64,000 bases of DNA from Takakia lepidozioides (GCA_030704615.1 CM060731.1:434001-498000), one strand, 5' to 3'; shown: positions 10,000-23,935, counted from the stretch's first letter. A program made the numbers and translations. Notes: generated by a model from the letters alone, not told the origin.

Positions 10000-12079
10000 C
10001 TGATTTCAAATAATCCTAAGAATGACTCAAAATCCTCCCCTAAGTTGTACTCAGGGTATTGTTGCCTATGCATTCACTCCCCATGATCAGTTTTCTGCGG
10101 AGTGGTATCCAGAACTTCAGTTTGTTTCAGCAACATCTTCATAAGCGGGGGACAATTTGAAATCACCCCCATGGCTTCACACAGCTCGTCCAAATCAAAT
10201 GTGGGTTGAGGCACAGTCGCCGGATCCTTGTGATCTCCGGACAACTTTCCCCTTTCCGTATTATTTCTTTCATTAGTTGCTGTCTCTTCCCTCTCCTCCA
10301 CTGCACGTTTTTCCAACTCACTTAGTCCCATTGTCTCTTCTGCTTCTCTCTCTAGCATAGATCTTGTAAATACAGGCATGAGAAGATGAGTACATGGCTA
10401 CCTGTCCGAAGGGGCACTGAGCTTCGAATCCCACCCAGACACACAGTGAGATGTGTTGAAGCGATGCTTGTGCAGCAGGGACACTCCTTCCCCCAAGAAA
10501 GCCCACAGTTCATCTTCATCCTTGAGCCAAAAAGTCACATGCACGATGTTGCGTACCACCTTTTCCTTCACCAACAGCGTATGGGCAAGATATGCCTTGG
10601 TTGCTTCGGCCTTGTAGAGACCTATTGTTTCACGCCGAAAACACACCTCCGGAAAGATCAACACATCACTGGGACAAAAAATGAATTCAGAGTCGGGAAT
10701 ACCAGTGATGAGCTCTTCCCAAGTGGGATCTCGGGTAGGGGCTGGCGGAACTCGAGGCCAAGTTAAATTAGCAAGCAGAATTGATGTACTTCATTTAACC
10801 AGTTCCCACAATAGTAGAGGGCTCGGCTTGTTAGGAGGCAAGAAGTTCTCAAGCTCTCCACCCAATTCTCGACTCACAGAGAATTGTGGTATGCCCAAGA
10901 CAGCCCAACTAAGTTTCTCACCACTCTCCAACTGCTCCTTGGCACTAGCAAGGGGAATCTGTCTGGAATGAAGCTTGAGGAGAAGGCGCGCAGCGTAGGC
11001 TCTTTGAAGAGACTCGTGAATGCGCCGGCTCTGCTCCCTCTGCTCCGCTTTAGTGTATATGGGCTTGCAAGCTTCTTTGCGTGCAGTTTCCTCAAAGGTC
11101 TTGGCCCAGAACTCTGAGGGCGTGTCCAGCGGAAGCTCAGGTCGTGGAATAGGTTCTCCCTCCGGATAATCGACAAACACCAGTTGCTCAGGCAACAGGT
11201 TGCATGCAAGCTTACAAATGTAGCGAGATTCCAACGCCTGGGTCTGTCTCAAGCGCGGGACCTCAAATTGATCAAGCTAAAACCAACCACACTCAGAACT
11301 GGAAGCCATAGTGCTCACTTGCGAAACTCTCAAAACACAGAAGCAGGCAAACTCTCTATCTTTCTCTCTGTGCATGACATACAAGCCGCCATTTTGCCAC
11401 TACCTCTCTCCTCAATCATGCAGGATCCCCCATACACAATCTACTGCTCTCAAGTATTTCGTACGAGCCAAATTCTCTGTTAACGATTTTTAGTTACCCC
11501 GCATCTCCACCATGATTCCGGCGCTGTGGGTTTGTTCCCCTTCCTCTACCGGACTTAATCCTATCTGGGGAATGTAGTCGATAGATGGGCCTGGCAGAGA
11601 AGACGGAATCTCACGAAGAGGACGCAACAGAGTCGGACTTCCAAAACGCATTCATCCTCACACTCAAGCACACCGTTACACCAAGCGTACACTCGCGTAA
11701 GACCCAAAAGCCACCACCCCCGCTGCCACAGCAGTCGAGCTTAAATAGTATTATGTCGTAATCTAGTCTTAGTGTCGCGTGGCACTTACATATAGGCCAG
11801 CCAGATGCCCTTCCAACATAGCCATAGAAAGAAGCCAGATCACCCAGATCCATCCTAATCTAATCCTAAACTAGCTGTTAGAATAAGACAACACCTAATA
11901 AAGTCATCAGCTGTTGCCACCTCATCCTCATGCGCAAGGTGTAAGTTTATCCAGACTTCATCCCGGTTCCGTCCATCCCTAAATCATCCGCCTCCTCCAT
12001 TCATCCAAGTCGAAAAGGAAGATGAGAAGGAATCCCAGCTCCACAACCCACATGCAAATCGTCTATCAAGAGTCCTACA
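10000..12079 (-). mobile_element. Truncated LTR retrotransposon: LTR, leader ORFs and a gag-like start
   Basis: Putative LTR 11573..12079 with TGTAG…CTACA terminal inverted repeat and an internal TATA. Downstream on the minus strand lie ORFs 10791..11252, 10398..10664 and 10074..10379 (MPVFTRSM…, typical of a gag N-terminus). Confidence 0.5.
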
Positions 12080-12234
12080 TCATAGTGCAGGATTGGAGAC
12101 GATTACGTACAACCAAAAGTTTGAGACTCTCTTGTACAACTTACTTGTGAGAGGGCATGCCAGTTATGGCACAGAGGCAAAATGAACTAATGAACGTACA
12201 TCCTATTTGATGTACGTTTGGAGAATTCTTCATA

Positions 12235-12765
12235 CCGTACTTACCTAGCTTATTAGGCTATAATTCAAAATCAGGTGCCTAACTAAATTTAGAACTTTTT
12301 TGGAAAATGTGCCTAAAACTTAGAAAAACCTCCCCAGAACTGCCCAATTGCTCAAAAATTGTGGAAAATACCAAACTGACCAAATACGTGGGAAAAATGC
12401 CTAAATTATATTATTTAAAGTCCAAAAAAATGGCAAAATTGCCTACAATTTAAATTTTCATGTCCAGGTTTAGGGTTTAGGTAGTACCAGGCGTGTAGGT
12501 GTGTACAGCCTTCACTGCAGCCATTCTTTTATCACATATCAAACATTATGTGTTTTTTAAATAAAATAACCTCAACAATAGTTTTTGAGGGAGGTAAAAA
12601 ACTATTGTTCATTATTATCCAGCCTGGTCGACTGAAATACATGCCTAATGTTTGAAAATTACCTAGTGGAGGTGCCTAAATAATAAAAACGAATATGCCT
12701 AATAATATTCTATTTTTTAATTAATTATTAGGCACGGAAGTGCCTAATAAACTAGGTAAGTACGG
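12235..12765. mobile_element. MITE, Tc1/mariner-type (TA target duplication)
   Basis: 24-bp TIRs CCGTACTTACCTAG(C/T)TTATTAGGC with one mismatch; TA on both sides (12233-34, 12766-67); AT-rich non-coding interior. Confidence 0.85.
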
Positions 12766-13892
12766 TATTCTTGGCATGAGGTGCAGATTGCCTGTTCCTG
12801 GCAAGTGGGACACTATAGTTCCTAGCTGTTGAATGTTCCATGTGGTGCAACTGGGACACTAATACACTATAGTCCTGTACCTTATTTTGGCAGCATTGAT
12901 GGGCAACTTTGGCAAGGTTATGATGCTTCACGGACCCAACTTTTTGCATCCCAAGAGCTCGCAAAAAACGTGCACAATACAAATCCCTGTCAGAATATGC
13001 TAATGCTCACTTGAGCTGTGCAGGAACACTAGTGTACACTGTATAATCCGCTCACTTCCAGGATCCTTCCTGCTAACGTCACACTCACGTTTGCATGTGA
13101 GGGTATGCCTGCAGCTTATACTAGTGATGGGCTGCGGAGGAATACCTTTTTTATAATTATGCCGACCAGAGCAGTTCCAGGATCCTTCATGAATGCTAGA
13201 AATATGTTTGCCTGTTGATCCAGAGCTCAAAATCCTTGTTCAGCTGCACTACAGTCACTACCGACACGGTGGGTTCCATGTCAACTCGAATATAATGATA
13301 AGCTGTGCAGGAACACTATTTTATAATACTCTCACTTCCGAGATCCTTCCTGCAAGCTTACAAGTTACGCATACGTTTGCCGGTTGATCTGGAGCTGAAA
13401 TCCTTGATAAATCCTATATTGTGCCTTGAAGTTCTCAAATAAAAATCAGCCGTCGGGAACCATTTCTAGCGTCATCATTGTCTTTGTATCACACAATTTG
13501 TCGGTAAAAGATATACTTTTTTGGTTCGAGGCCGTTACAGTGTTTGCGGTAGTGCGCTACAGAACGCGTAAACAGAATCACCGTGTGTCCTCGCAATGGA
13601 GGCCAACGCGTTCCTGTTTCTTCGTGATTGCATATATAAGAAAGCTTTCTCCCCTTCCTCCTTCAGCTTTGAACATCCAGGCTCATCCCAAATTCTTCCA
13701 CATCGCTGCATTTGTACCTGCACACACTTGTGCACTCGAAGTTGATCTACAAGGCATTCCAATTGTCATCAAGCGATCTCAGTTTCCTTCTCTAAAAGTT
13801 TCGAGATCCTTTTCCTTCCAATCGTGGGGGCCACTTAATCAAGACAATTCTTGTGCTTGTGAGTGTGGGGGAGTAATCTACGTACTGACGGT

Positions 13893-14492
13893 ATGGCTTT
13901 TCTGCGGAACATTGATGAGTTTTTCTACGGGCGCCGAAGCGAACCCGGCTGGATCGTCAATAGCTCCAGGGATGTACCCTACTACTACGAGATTCGTGAA
14001 GCCAACCCTCACACCCACCATGTCTTCCCCTACATTACCGATGCGCTGCATAACAGTCACTCTCGCCACATACTTCCGGTAGTGGAGTTGAAGGTGCCCA
14101 TGTGCTGCGCCAAATGTGAAGAGAAGGTGAAGGAGGAGCTCCTGGAGCTGGAGGGGGTGTATGGAGTTGTGTGTGACCAATACACGCAGAAGGTGATTGT
14201 CTCTGGACATGTGGATCCTCTGCGTGCACTCAAGAAGGCCAAGCGAGTGAAGAAGAAATCTCAGTTGTGGCCAAGCCCTGCTTACCGCCAGTACGACGGG
14301 GAGTACAGTTCATCTGAGAGTCGGGGATACCTGCACCATGACCAGACAGAGTACAGATCCTCGCACAGCCGATACACCCCTGCATTTGGCCAATCTTACG
14401 TGCATTCGTACGGCCCATCTTACAGACAAGCCCACAGTCAGTCCATCATCACCAACCCCCATTATCTGAAGCACATTGAATCGGAGTATTGA
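13893..14492 (+). CDS. Heavy-metal-associated (HMA) domain protein, HPP-like, copy 1 (199 aa, intronless)
   Basis: VELKVPMCCAKCEEKVKEELLELEGVYGVVCDQYTQKVIVSGHVDPLRALKK. ATG at 13893 matches the starts of copies 2 and 3. No CaaX end. Confidence 0.9.
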   Translation: MAFLRNIDEFFYGRRSEPGWIVNSSRDVPYYYEIREANPHTHHVFPYITDALHNSHSRHILPVVELKVPMCCAKCEEKVKEELLELEGVYGVVCDQYTQKVIVSGHVDPLRALKKAKRVKKKSQLWPSPAYRQYDGEYSSSESRGYLHHDQTEYRSSHSRYTPAFGQSYVHSYGPSYRQAHSQSIITNPHYLKHIESEY

Positions 14493-17126
14493 TTGTTGCG
14501 AAGCTCCACCATAGCTACACCAACTGTATAGAGCTCGGTAGATTGATAGCGCGTTCTTTGCGGGTAACTTGGATGCTTCACATTGGGGGCCGCCTTGAAA
14601 GTAATGAAGATTTTGATAGCAATAGGAGAAAGCGAAGGCAATGTGTTGGGGTGACCCGTCATGTTGGCTCGTAATGTGAATGAAGCGAGGATTGGCTCTT
14701 TCCCGTGTCAGAACACTCTGCAAATTTTCTGGGTTTCAAAGGTTCAAATCTCTCAGTTCAGGCTTTATGTACAAACATTCTGCTTTGTAGAATGTTTGGA
14801 CCATGAATACGGGGGTTGCATAAATGCCATTGAGCCTTGCTGGATCAACTCTGCTTCTCATTCGTCTCAACCCTTGTATTTTCAACAGGTACATCCAACA
14901 TGTAAGATCCTGTTCATCACGGAGCTGCCCAAGTCCTCTGGCTCTCTGACTTTACCGAAGATCGGGGGGCTAACCATTACGAACAAACATGCGAACAATA
15001 AACACGTTTCAAAAGTTCTCGAGATTACCGCTTCCAAGTTTGTTCAAATTCCATGAAATTTGGGCAGCGTGAAGAGCAACACTGGATCTTTTTCCACGTC
15101 GAGACATGTCTACATTATTGGACCAGAAATTTTCTAGATTCTGATCAAGAATCTGCATGCAAAATGCTTACATTGCATTGATGTACAAACTTGTCAGAGT
15201 CCAATTGGACTTAAGTGAAGTCCAATTGTAAAATTCGGGCCTGACACATTCCTGCCCACTAAAAATGGGATCGAGGAAACCTGACCGCATAAAATGTTGC
15301 CCACTCACACGCTCTATCAGTCGTACAAATTTCAATTAGTCCTAAACTTAAATACTACGGTATACTATTTTTACTTTCTTACTTTGCTGGCCTTGCCATC
15401 CCAAGGCAGCCTCCCCAAGGCAGGACTCCCCAAAGGGTTGGCAAGCGAATTACTTAAGACAAGTGTAGATGGAATACTTTCTCCATATGTATTTATCGAG
15501 ATGGAATATGTAAATAGGATGTAGTGACTAGTTCATAGGGGTCTAGTTGGTGCATGGTTGACAGGTGAGACTGTGCATAGAGACGTACTTGGGGGATCAA
15601 AGGTAAACAAGTTTAGGGTTTCAACCAGCTCCAGACTCCAGACTTTCTACACAAAGGTGCCACCAAGATTAAGTTAGTGCACAAACTTTCGGATTTTGTC
15701 ACAAGCTACTCGTACATTCATGCGTAATGTTTTTCAGGCGTTACATTACACACGACTCAAGTTCTGTGGGGCTTGCACGTACCTTTATTCCATGTGTTTG
15801 TTTGCAGCATTCTTTTGGGCCGACAAAGTACAACTAGTGCAGCACCTATCCTACTCACAAAATTTCTGGCTGCCCAATCATCTTGAGGTTGTGGGTCAAA
15901 AGCATGAAATGCATTTTATTTTTCTATTTTTCTTTTCCTTTTAGAGGGAAGAATTGTTTGGATGCAAAATCCCTAGGGTTCCATGTTTCCAAACACATTC
16001 CCATTCCTGCTAGACTCAGTTTTGCCCATTTTGAGGGCATTTCCGTGGTCAGATTGGGCCTGCCCTATTCTGTACATGCGAGCGTGCACCATTCTGACTC
16101 TTCTTTCCACACAAAACAAGACTGAAAAAGATGTTCGGTGTTGGCACTGCCGTCAGTGGAGAAGAAGCAGAGATGACCTGATGAAGCTGCGAGGGAAATT
16201 ATTTCACAAGCAAGTTGGATGAATCTCAGAAACACATCGCATGTAGGGATAGAATGTACTCGGAACACTTTGTTTGCCGTAGCCTCGTGTCCTTGGAAAC
16301 ATAGGGAGCAGGCACTACCTTTGTGAGGGCGCACTCCAGTAGACACACTTACCTTGATATAAACAATCCATTGGGGCTTTCTAGAAAGCCCTTCACACAA
16401 GCATCAATCTGCTGTGTGTGAGAAGCCAAAAGTTAGATCCCAACATATTTTCACTGGTCAGGTGTACGAGCCATGCTCTTGATGTTCCTCAAGAGAGTCA
16501 CTCCCTCTTGAGAATAACCTGCACATTATATGATCACATTCAAATGGACTTTGTTCAAGCCCGCACATCACCTGGGCATTTTTTTCCCTCTCAGCATCTG
16601 TTTATAGTTCAAAGGTAGGGATAAATGACAACGCTAAGACCTGTAAGATATGTGTAACTTCTTACATGTTCTCGTGCAAGTTCTTCTTTTATATACTCTA
16701 CATGCAATTTGTAGCGAGTGTGTAAATGAGTAGCAGAATTGATCTGAATGGCATTTAGAGAATCCGGGAATTCATGGTGCAAACATTCTGCAAAGGACAA
16801 ACATTTCGTACACTTAATTGCGAACCAGTCACTGAGAGCAATTGAAACGTTGAAACCCACAAAATTTGCAGTCCTGGGCGATGTATTGCACAATGTCCAG
16901 ACAGGGGAAAGTGCCCATCCTCGCTTCATTCACATTACGAGCCAATCTGATGGATCACCCCAACACATCGCCATCGCTTTCTCCTATTTCTATCAAAATC
17001 TTGCTTACTTTTCGCTTCTCTACAGGCGGCCCCCAATGTGGAGTATCCAAGTAAGCCGCAAAGAACGCGCTATCAATCTACCGAGCTCTATACAGTTGGT
17101 GTAGCTATGGTGGAGATTTGCAACAA

Positions 17127-17723
17127 TCAGTACTCCGATTCAATGTGCTTCAGATAATGCGGGTTGGTGATGATGGACTGACTGCTGGCTTGTCTGTAAG
17201 ATGGGCCGTACGAATGCACGTAAGATTGGCCAAATGCAGGTGTGTATCGGCTGTGCGAGGATGTGTAGTCTGTCTGCTCATGGTGCCGGTATCCCCGACT
17301 CTCACATGAACTGTACTCCCCGTCGTACTGGCGGTAACCAGGGCTCGGCCACAACTGAGATTTCTTCTTCACTCGCTTGGCCTTCTTGAGTGCGCGCAGA
17401 GGATCCACATGTCCAGAAACAATCACCTTCTGCGTGTATTGGTCACACAAAACTCCATACACCCCCTCCAGCTCCAGGAGCTCTTCCTTCACCTTCTCTT
17501 CACATTTGGCGCAGCACATGGGCACCATCAACTCCACTACCGGAAGCACGTGGCGAGAGTGACTGTTATGCAGCGCATGGGTAATGTAGGGGGAGACATG
17601 GTGGGTGTGAGGGAGGGCTTCACGAGTCTCGTAGTAGTAGGGTACATCCCTGGAGCTGTTCACAATCCAGCTGGGTTCGCTTCGGCGCCCGTAGAAAAAC
17701 CCATCATTCCGCAGAAAACCCAT
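17127..17723 (-). CDS. HMA domain protein, copy 2 (198 aa)
   Basis: Near-identical paralog of 13893..14492 with intact MCCAKC motif. Confidence 0.9.
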   Translation of the reverse strand: MGFLRNDGFFYGRRSEPSWIVNSSRDVPYYYETREALPHTHHVSPYITHALHNSHSRHVLPVVELMVPMCCAKCEEKVKEELLELEGVYGVLCDQYTQKVIVSGHVDPLRALKKAKRVKKKSQLWPSPGYRQYDGEYSSCESRGYRHHEQTDYTSSHSRYTPAFGQSYVHSYGPSYRQASSQSIITNPHYLKHIESEY

Positions 17724-19547
17724 ACCGTCAGTAGATCACTCCCTCACACTCACAAGCACAAGAATTGTCTTGATTAAGTGGCCCAACGATTGGAAGGAAA
17801 AGGATCTCAAACCTTTTAGAGAAGGGAACTGAGATCGCTTGATGACAATGGGATTGCCCTGTAGGTCAACTTCGAGTGCACAAGTGTGTGCAGGTACAAA
17901 TGCAGCGATGTGGAAGAATGTGGGATGAGCCTGGATGTTCAAAGCTGAAGGAGGAAGGGGAGTGAGCTTTCTTATATACAATCACGAAGAAACAGGAACG
18001 CGTTGCAGGGTGCACCGCCTCCATTGCGAGGACACACACACGGTGATTAGCAGTAAGGCATGGCAGTTGTGCTTTGCCTGTTTAGCGTTCTCTAGCGCAC
18101 CACAGCAACACTCTAACGGCCTCTCGACAGCCTTGAAACAAATCTATCTTTTAGTATTTACCGACAAAAAGTGTCGTTGCACACTAGTGCGATCTCTTGG
18201 CCGAGAAATTGGAAGGGTACAAAGACAATAATGACACTAGAATTGGTCTGGCAGAGAAACGTATATGTGTGTCAGACTGTAAGCAGGAAGGATCGCGGAA
18301 GTGAGGCTAACCTAGTGTTCCCGCACAGGTCATCATTATATTCTGACAGATATGTGTACGTATTTGTGCACGTTTTGTGTGAGCTCTTGGGCCGCAAAAA
18401 GTTGGGGCATACAGCCCTGTCAAACCCTGTCATCATCTTCCTGGTTCCCCACAATCCTTGCCAAGGACTCTCTTATTTGTGTACTCTGTGTTGTGGAAGT
18501 TTGAGTTACATACCTATCACTGCAAAGGCCCCGAACCAACCAAATAAATCTCATCACTTAAATTACAGTCGTTCTTGCACATAATTGTCTCTTGGGAGAA
18601 ATGGCAATGATACAAAGATCATTAGCAATGACACGAGCTTGACCGTCTATATACTTTCCCTTTCCTTCTCAATCATGTGACATTAGAAATAGTCTGGCTC
18701 GTTGTTTCGTCCTGATTTCAGCACCCCACCGCACTGTAGTGCTTTACGACGATTGAGCTCCGGATCAACAGGCAAACTTATTTCTAGCATGTTCAAAGTG
18801 AGCCTTGCATTATGAATTAGTGTTCCGCCACAGCCCATCGATATAAGCTGCATATTCTACAGGCAAACGTCTGTGTAACATTTACATAAGCAGCAAGAAG
18901 GATCTCTGAAGTTTAAGTTACAATAGGTAGTGTTCCTGTGCACAGCTCATCAATATATTCTGACACCCGGTGATTCGTAGATTTGTGCACGTTTTGTGCT
19001 TGATCTTGGGATGCAAAAAGCCACAGGTCACCCGTAAAGCATAGCCTGCCCAAAAACGAAAGGAAAAAGAAAAATATAGCCTGCCAAACCCTGTCACGCT
19101 CACGATCTTCTCCATCAATCCTGCCTGGTAGACTCATCATTTGGGTTCAGTGTGTTGTGGGAGTTTGAGCTCTGTAGTCGTCCCTAAGCCTTGCTATGCT
19201 TGTGGGTCAGACCTTAACGCTGACCTGGCGATCTTGGCTACGCTGATGAATGAGTTCCTCCAGTTTATCAAGAGGCGTTTTTCTAGGGTCTAATAGATCA
19301 CCCTACACAAAATCATCAGCTGTTCCTTCCTTTCCATCAATAGTGGCATGAACATTACAAGGTATGAATTCAACTTGAGCATGCCATGATTCATGAAAAA
19401 TGAAATGAATGCTGCCACTACATAGGTTTTGTCCAATCCCACTAGCCATGCACTTATGCTTTCATAAGAGCGGTTCTAAAAGGCCACTCATGTTTTTGGC
19501 GTAGGTATCACTGCGCCTATGGCCCACAAGACAATACCCTGAACACT

Positions 19548-20309
19548 GTGGAGGTAACAGAGGCTATGCGTGCGAAGAAATGGCGTGCAGGTCCACCAAA
19601 GAAAAGGGGGAGAAAGCCTACAGTGGGGCCAACATCCACAGGAAAAAAGCCTAAACAAAAAATGACTACAAACAACAAAACAGGAGAAGGCATCAAAAGA
19701 GGATGCATGTGCCGATTTGCTGTCAAGCAATGCTACTTGGACCCTGCTATGGCAGAGATAATTTATTATGAGAAACAACATGTAAATGGAAGAGGTCAGA
19801 TATGCCACGGACCTTCATGTCACTTGAACCGATGTGCAATGGCTCCCCATCTTAGCGATGACATGAAATCATGGATTTTGCACAATTTGCGTCTTGGGCT
19901 GAGCATAAACAAGATAATGGCCAAGCACACCATGCGAGTGAAGGAGTTGATGGAGCAAGGGCTGGATGTCAGCCGTGACACTTTTCTCCTCTCCCATGAC
20001 ATACGGAATATTGCGAAGCGATGTGATGAAGAGACATTCAAAAAACACCCAAATGATGCACAGAGTGTCCGCATGTGGGTGCATGAAAATATGGCTAGTG
20101 TTTTCTACTACCAAGAAGAAAAGAACCACAAAGCTTGGACATCTAGTGACATCAAACTTGATCTTCCATTCGTTCTTGGCATACAGACAGTGTGGCAGCG
20201 AGATCAAATGTTGAAATTTGGCCATCACCGAATTGTCGCATGTGACGCCACCTTCGGAACCAATGAGAAGAAGGTGGGATCTGTCTTTTTACTTCATTGC
20301 AATCGTTGA
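19548..20309 (+). mobile_element. Mutator-like (MULE) transposase fragment
   Basis: KRGCMCRFAVK…H…CHG WRKY/GCM1-like region, KHPNDAQSVRMWV, and PFVLGIQTVWQRDQMLKFGHHRIVACDATFGTN (first catalytic D). The rest of the DDE domain is not seen. Confidence 0.75.
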
Positions 20310-23300
20310 AGCCATGTTTAAGGTGTATTTGCCATACTGCATCCCCACAATGTATGCATCTGTATTGTCGTCTATTAGACGCACCAGGTTCATGGACCCT
20401 TGCCCTCGTGTAGGCCTCGCATATGAGGGACTCGAATTCATCAGTATCATATGTCTCGCGGTATTCCCTCTGGTTCTCTATCATTTTTCTCTCCTTCATC
20501 GTGAATGCGCAGTCTCCCAACAATTGCAGCGCTAGCGTGCAAACCTACACAGACAATGCCTAGCATAAATCCACAGCAATGACACTTTTTTGAACCCTGA
20601 AATTGCATGCATGAGCATTGAACCCCCTAAAACCTCTAACAATGGAGTGCATGAGCCTAAACCCTAAACCCTAAACACCAAAACAAAATGAAAGGTCTTC
20701 AGATAATATGAAATATCTCCGTATGGAGAGTGTTCATGGCCGCATATGTGCACGTCCCTGTAGCTCGCAACTAAACTATGGAAACAACACTTTATCCGGG
20801 TCTGCTCTTTCAACTACCAAGCAAATGAAACATGCAATAAGTTGCCCTCACCTACAATTTTTGTAACACACAAAAGTAACAATCATCTTACCCTAAACTC
20901 CATATGAAACAAAGTGTTCACCTCAGCTTCATGTCAATGCTTGCATGAAGTGCCCATAAGTACTAGACAGCCCTACTTTTGCAGTTTCCTAAGTACTATA
21001 GTGAGAAAACGATGCAGGAACGCGGGTAGTGTGCATTAAGGCTAGCACACACGTACTTATCTAGTTCACTCATTACCACGGCTATTGCCCTGATTGATCT
21101 GTTCCCTCCTTTTCAGTATTTGTACTTCTGGAATGTCCCACATTTCTGAACCTATGCATACAGTATATGTGAAAGTACCCACAAAGAAGGGAACCTACAA
21201 AGATGATTGGGTTTCGGATGCTCGATGCAGAACTCACTCACCCGCAAGGTAAATCCTGGAAGAAGAGCACAATGACAATCCGGATAACACAGAAGAGCAA
21301 GATTGAGGTTGTGGAGCGATAATAAGGACCTGCACGCAATTCAGATTTGGAGCGGAAGCGGTGCAACCATTGAAGACGGCCACAACATCCTGCTTCGTAT
21401 GCCGATTCTCCATTCCTATCCACAAACTCGACCTGCATGACGGGACGCGGTACGCCAACGCCATCAAGCGCAACGATAGCGACATTTTCGCGATGCCTGC
21501 CAACAACGCAACGTCCTGTCTCATCTGGTACGTCTATTCCACCTACCCTCATCATTTTACATGCAATGCCATACCATGTATGCAATGGACGCAAGCATGT
21601 GGCATGGGGAGGATGAAGGCATGCAGGGGGTTGCCATGCATGAGGTGAGGATGGGAGGCGGGATGGGGATGGGTGAGAGGACATGTGTCATGTCCTGGCA
21701 GAGGGTACATGAGGCGCGGAGGGGCTGCCGCGCGGTACGCGGGCGACGGATGGGGGGGTGGCGGGGGGTCCACGCTGGCTGGACCGGCTCCCTCGCATTC
21801 AACTCCAGGCCCCATCTATTACTTGGCGCTTATGAGTGAGTCCTACATTTTACTTTCTGGAGACGATCAACCTACTTACACCCAAAAGTTTGAGACTATT
21901 AAATTGTACATGTAATCTGCAACGTTGTTCACCAGGCTCAAAGTACAACGTTTAACACATAAGCTCTATGTACAAGTACATGTATATCTGCTCATTTCAG
22001 ATCAATGCAATTTGAACATTTTGCAGAAAGATTCCTCATGGGAATCGAGAAATCCTGTGGTCCAATCAGTGTTCTATTTAAATAATTTTTCAAAAATCGC
22101 TGGTGGGGCCACCTATTAAATCTACCCAGCGCCCGTGAGGCGAAAAAAATTGGGTGGCAGATTTGAAAAGGCTGCACGATAGAGGAGGCCTGGAGGGCCC
22201 CAACAGCAGCTTTCAACTTAGCCTACTTTGTGGCTTCGCTGGTGTAATGTGAGAATTTGAGTTCCATCAGCAAAGCGTGAATGCTCCACATGCCTGTAAT
22301 GCCGAAGGCCTGCGGAGAGATTTTTTTTCTAGGTTTGTGATACGCATGCCTACGGAGATTTTCTCGGGGACGTGTTTTTGAGAACGAGTGTACAATTCAA
22401 CTGAGTCAGGCAGAACAGTTGGATGTCATGCACATGCAGAACCGCCGGAGGTGGGGCCGCTAGTCGTGCACTGTTAGGCTATGGCAGCTAGGAAATAAGT
22501 GCACGTTCTTGCAGGACAGTACAGATCCATGCAGGTGTGTACGAACTAAGCGCCCAGAAAGGACATTGGGGAGATGATGGATACATATCCCCATGCAAGA
22601 CGTATGGTCTGATTTGTTTTGTTGCTGTCCCCGCACCTTGTACGTAAGCTTGAGGAAGAAGACAAGGTATTCATGATGTCTTTGTCGCAATGTCCAATGG
22701 GTCACATTCTCACAGAGTGCAAGGTCTACAAGTCCACAATCTTCCATCGACCATCTTCTCGAGGTACTATTGAGATTGATGAGTGGCATGGTAACTGTTG
22801 GCATTAGAAAGTTTTCAAGCCTTAAAAAGCGCGCCCAAACCCAATTCCAGACTCCACGGACCACCACCGCTTGACTTGTGGGGGGCCGTGGCCCACCGCG
22901 CTGAGAGGGTATATGCAAAGAGGGTGCTGAGGGCTATGCTCTGCAGGGCTTCTCCCACCTCAAACTTACTCTGGTGGGCTCTGCAAGCGGGCCATTTTCA
23001 AAACGTAAATCGGAATTCGAACCATCTTTAAATGGAGAAGATGACTATGATGGTCCGCTCAAGCACCCAACTTTTTGCGGCCCAAGAGCTCACACAGAAC
23101 GTGCAAAAATATGTACAAATATCTGTCAGAATGTAATGGTGAGCTGTGCAGGACTACTTTGTAATGCCCTCACTTCCGGGATCCTTCTTACAAGTCACAC
23201 ATACGTTTGCTGTTGATTCGAGCTCAAATCCTCGTTAACTGCTACATTGTGCCAAAGTTCTCAAATAAAAATCAGCCATACCATTTCTACGGTCATCGTT

Positions 23301-23935
23301 GTCTACCCACCCATTGCCCTTCGTCTCTGGCTGTAGCCTAGCTAACCTCGCCACACCTCTACAACAGCCTCCCTCCAATCTAGAACCTTGCCCACATGCA
23401 ATAGCCACCTTCTGAACATGCAATATCCATGTGGGGCCGCATGCAAATAGCCACTTGCATAGTTATTTTATGTCTTTGTATCGTTCCAATTTCTCCCAAG
23501 AGATCGCACTAGTGTGCCTTTTGTCGGTAAGACATTCACTGGTTGGCTCGAGGCCGGTACAGTGTTTGCTGTAGTGCGCTAGAGAACGCGTAAACAGGCA
23601 AAGCACAGCTGCCATGCCTTCCTGCTAATCACCGTGTGCGTGTGTCCTCGCAATGGAGGCGGTGCACCCTGCTACGCGTTCCTGTTTCTTTGTGATTGTA
23701 TATAAGAAAGCTTACTCCCCTTCCTCCTTCAGCTTTGAACATCCAGGCTCATCCCACATTCTTCCACATCGCTGCATTTGTACCTGCACACACTTGTGCA
23801 CTCGAAGTTGATCTACATGTAGGGCAGTCCCATTGTCATCAAGCTCTCAGTTCCCTTCTCTACAATCGTGGGGCCACTTCCTCACTTCAGACAATTCTTG
23901 TGTTTGTGAGTGTGAGGGAGTGATCTACTGACACT

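Noticed and set aside
13426-14082. 218-aa plus-strand ORF overlapping HMA copy 1, and the many antisense ORFs over all three HMA copies
   Set aside because: The long frame is broken in copies 2 and 3 and has no domain; the antisense ORFs are shadows of a GC-rich CDS.
14918-15071. Possible hAT-type MITE (CACG…CTGCCCAA / TTGGGCAGCGTG)
   Set aside because: TIRs are imperfect and no 8-bp TSD is visible.
20655-20676. Telomeric CCCTAAA repeats (also ~12468, ~29070)
   Set aside because: Only 2-3 units each; ordinary interstitial telo-box motifs.
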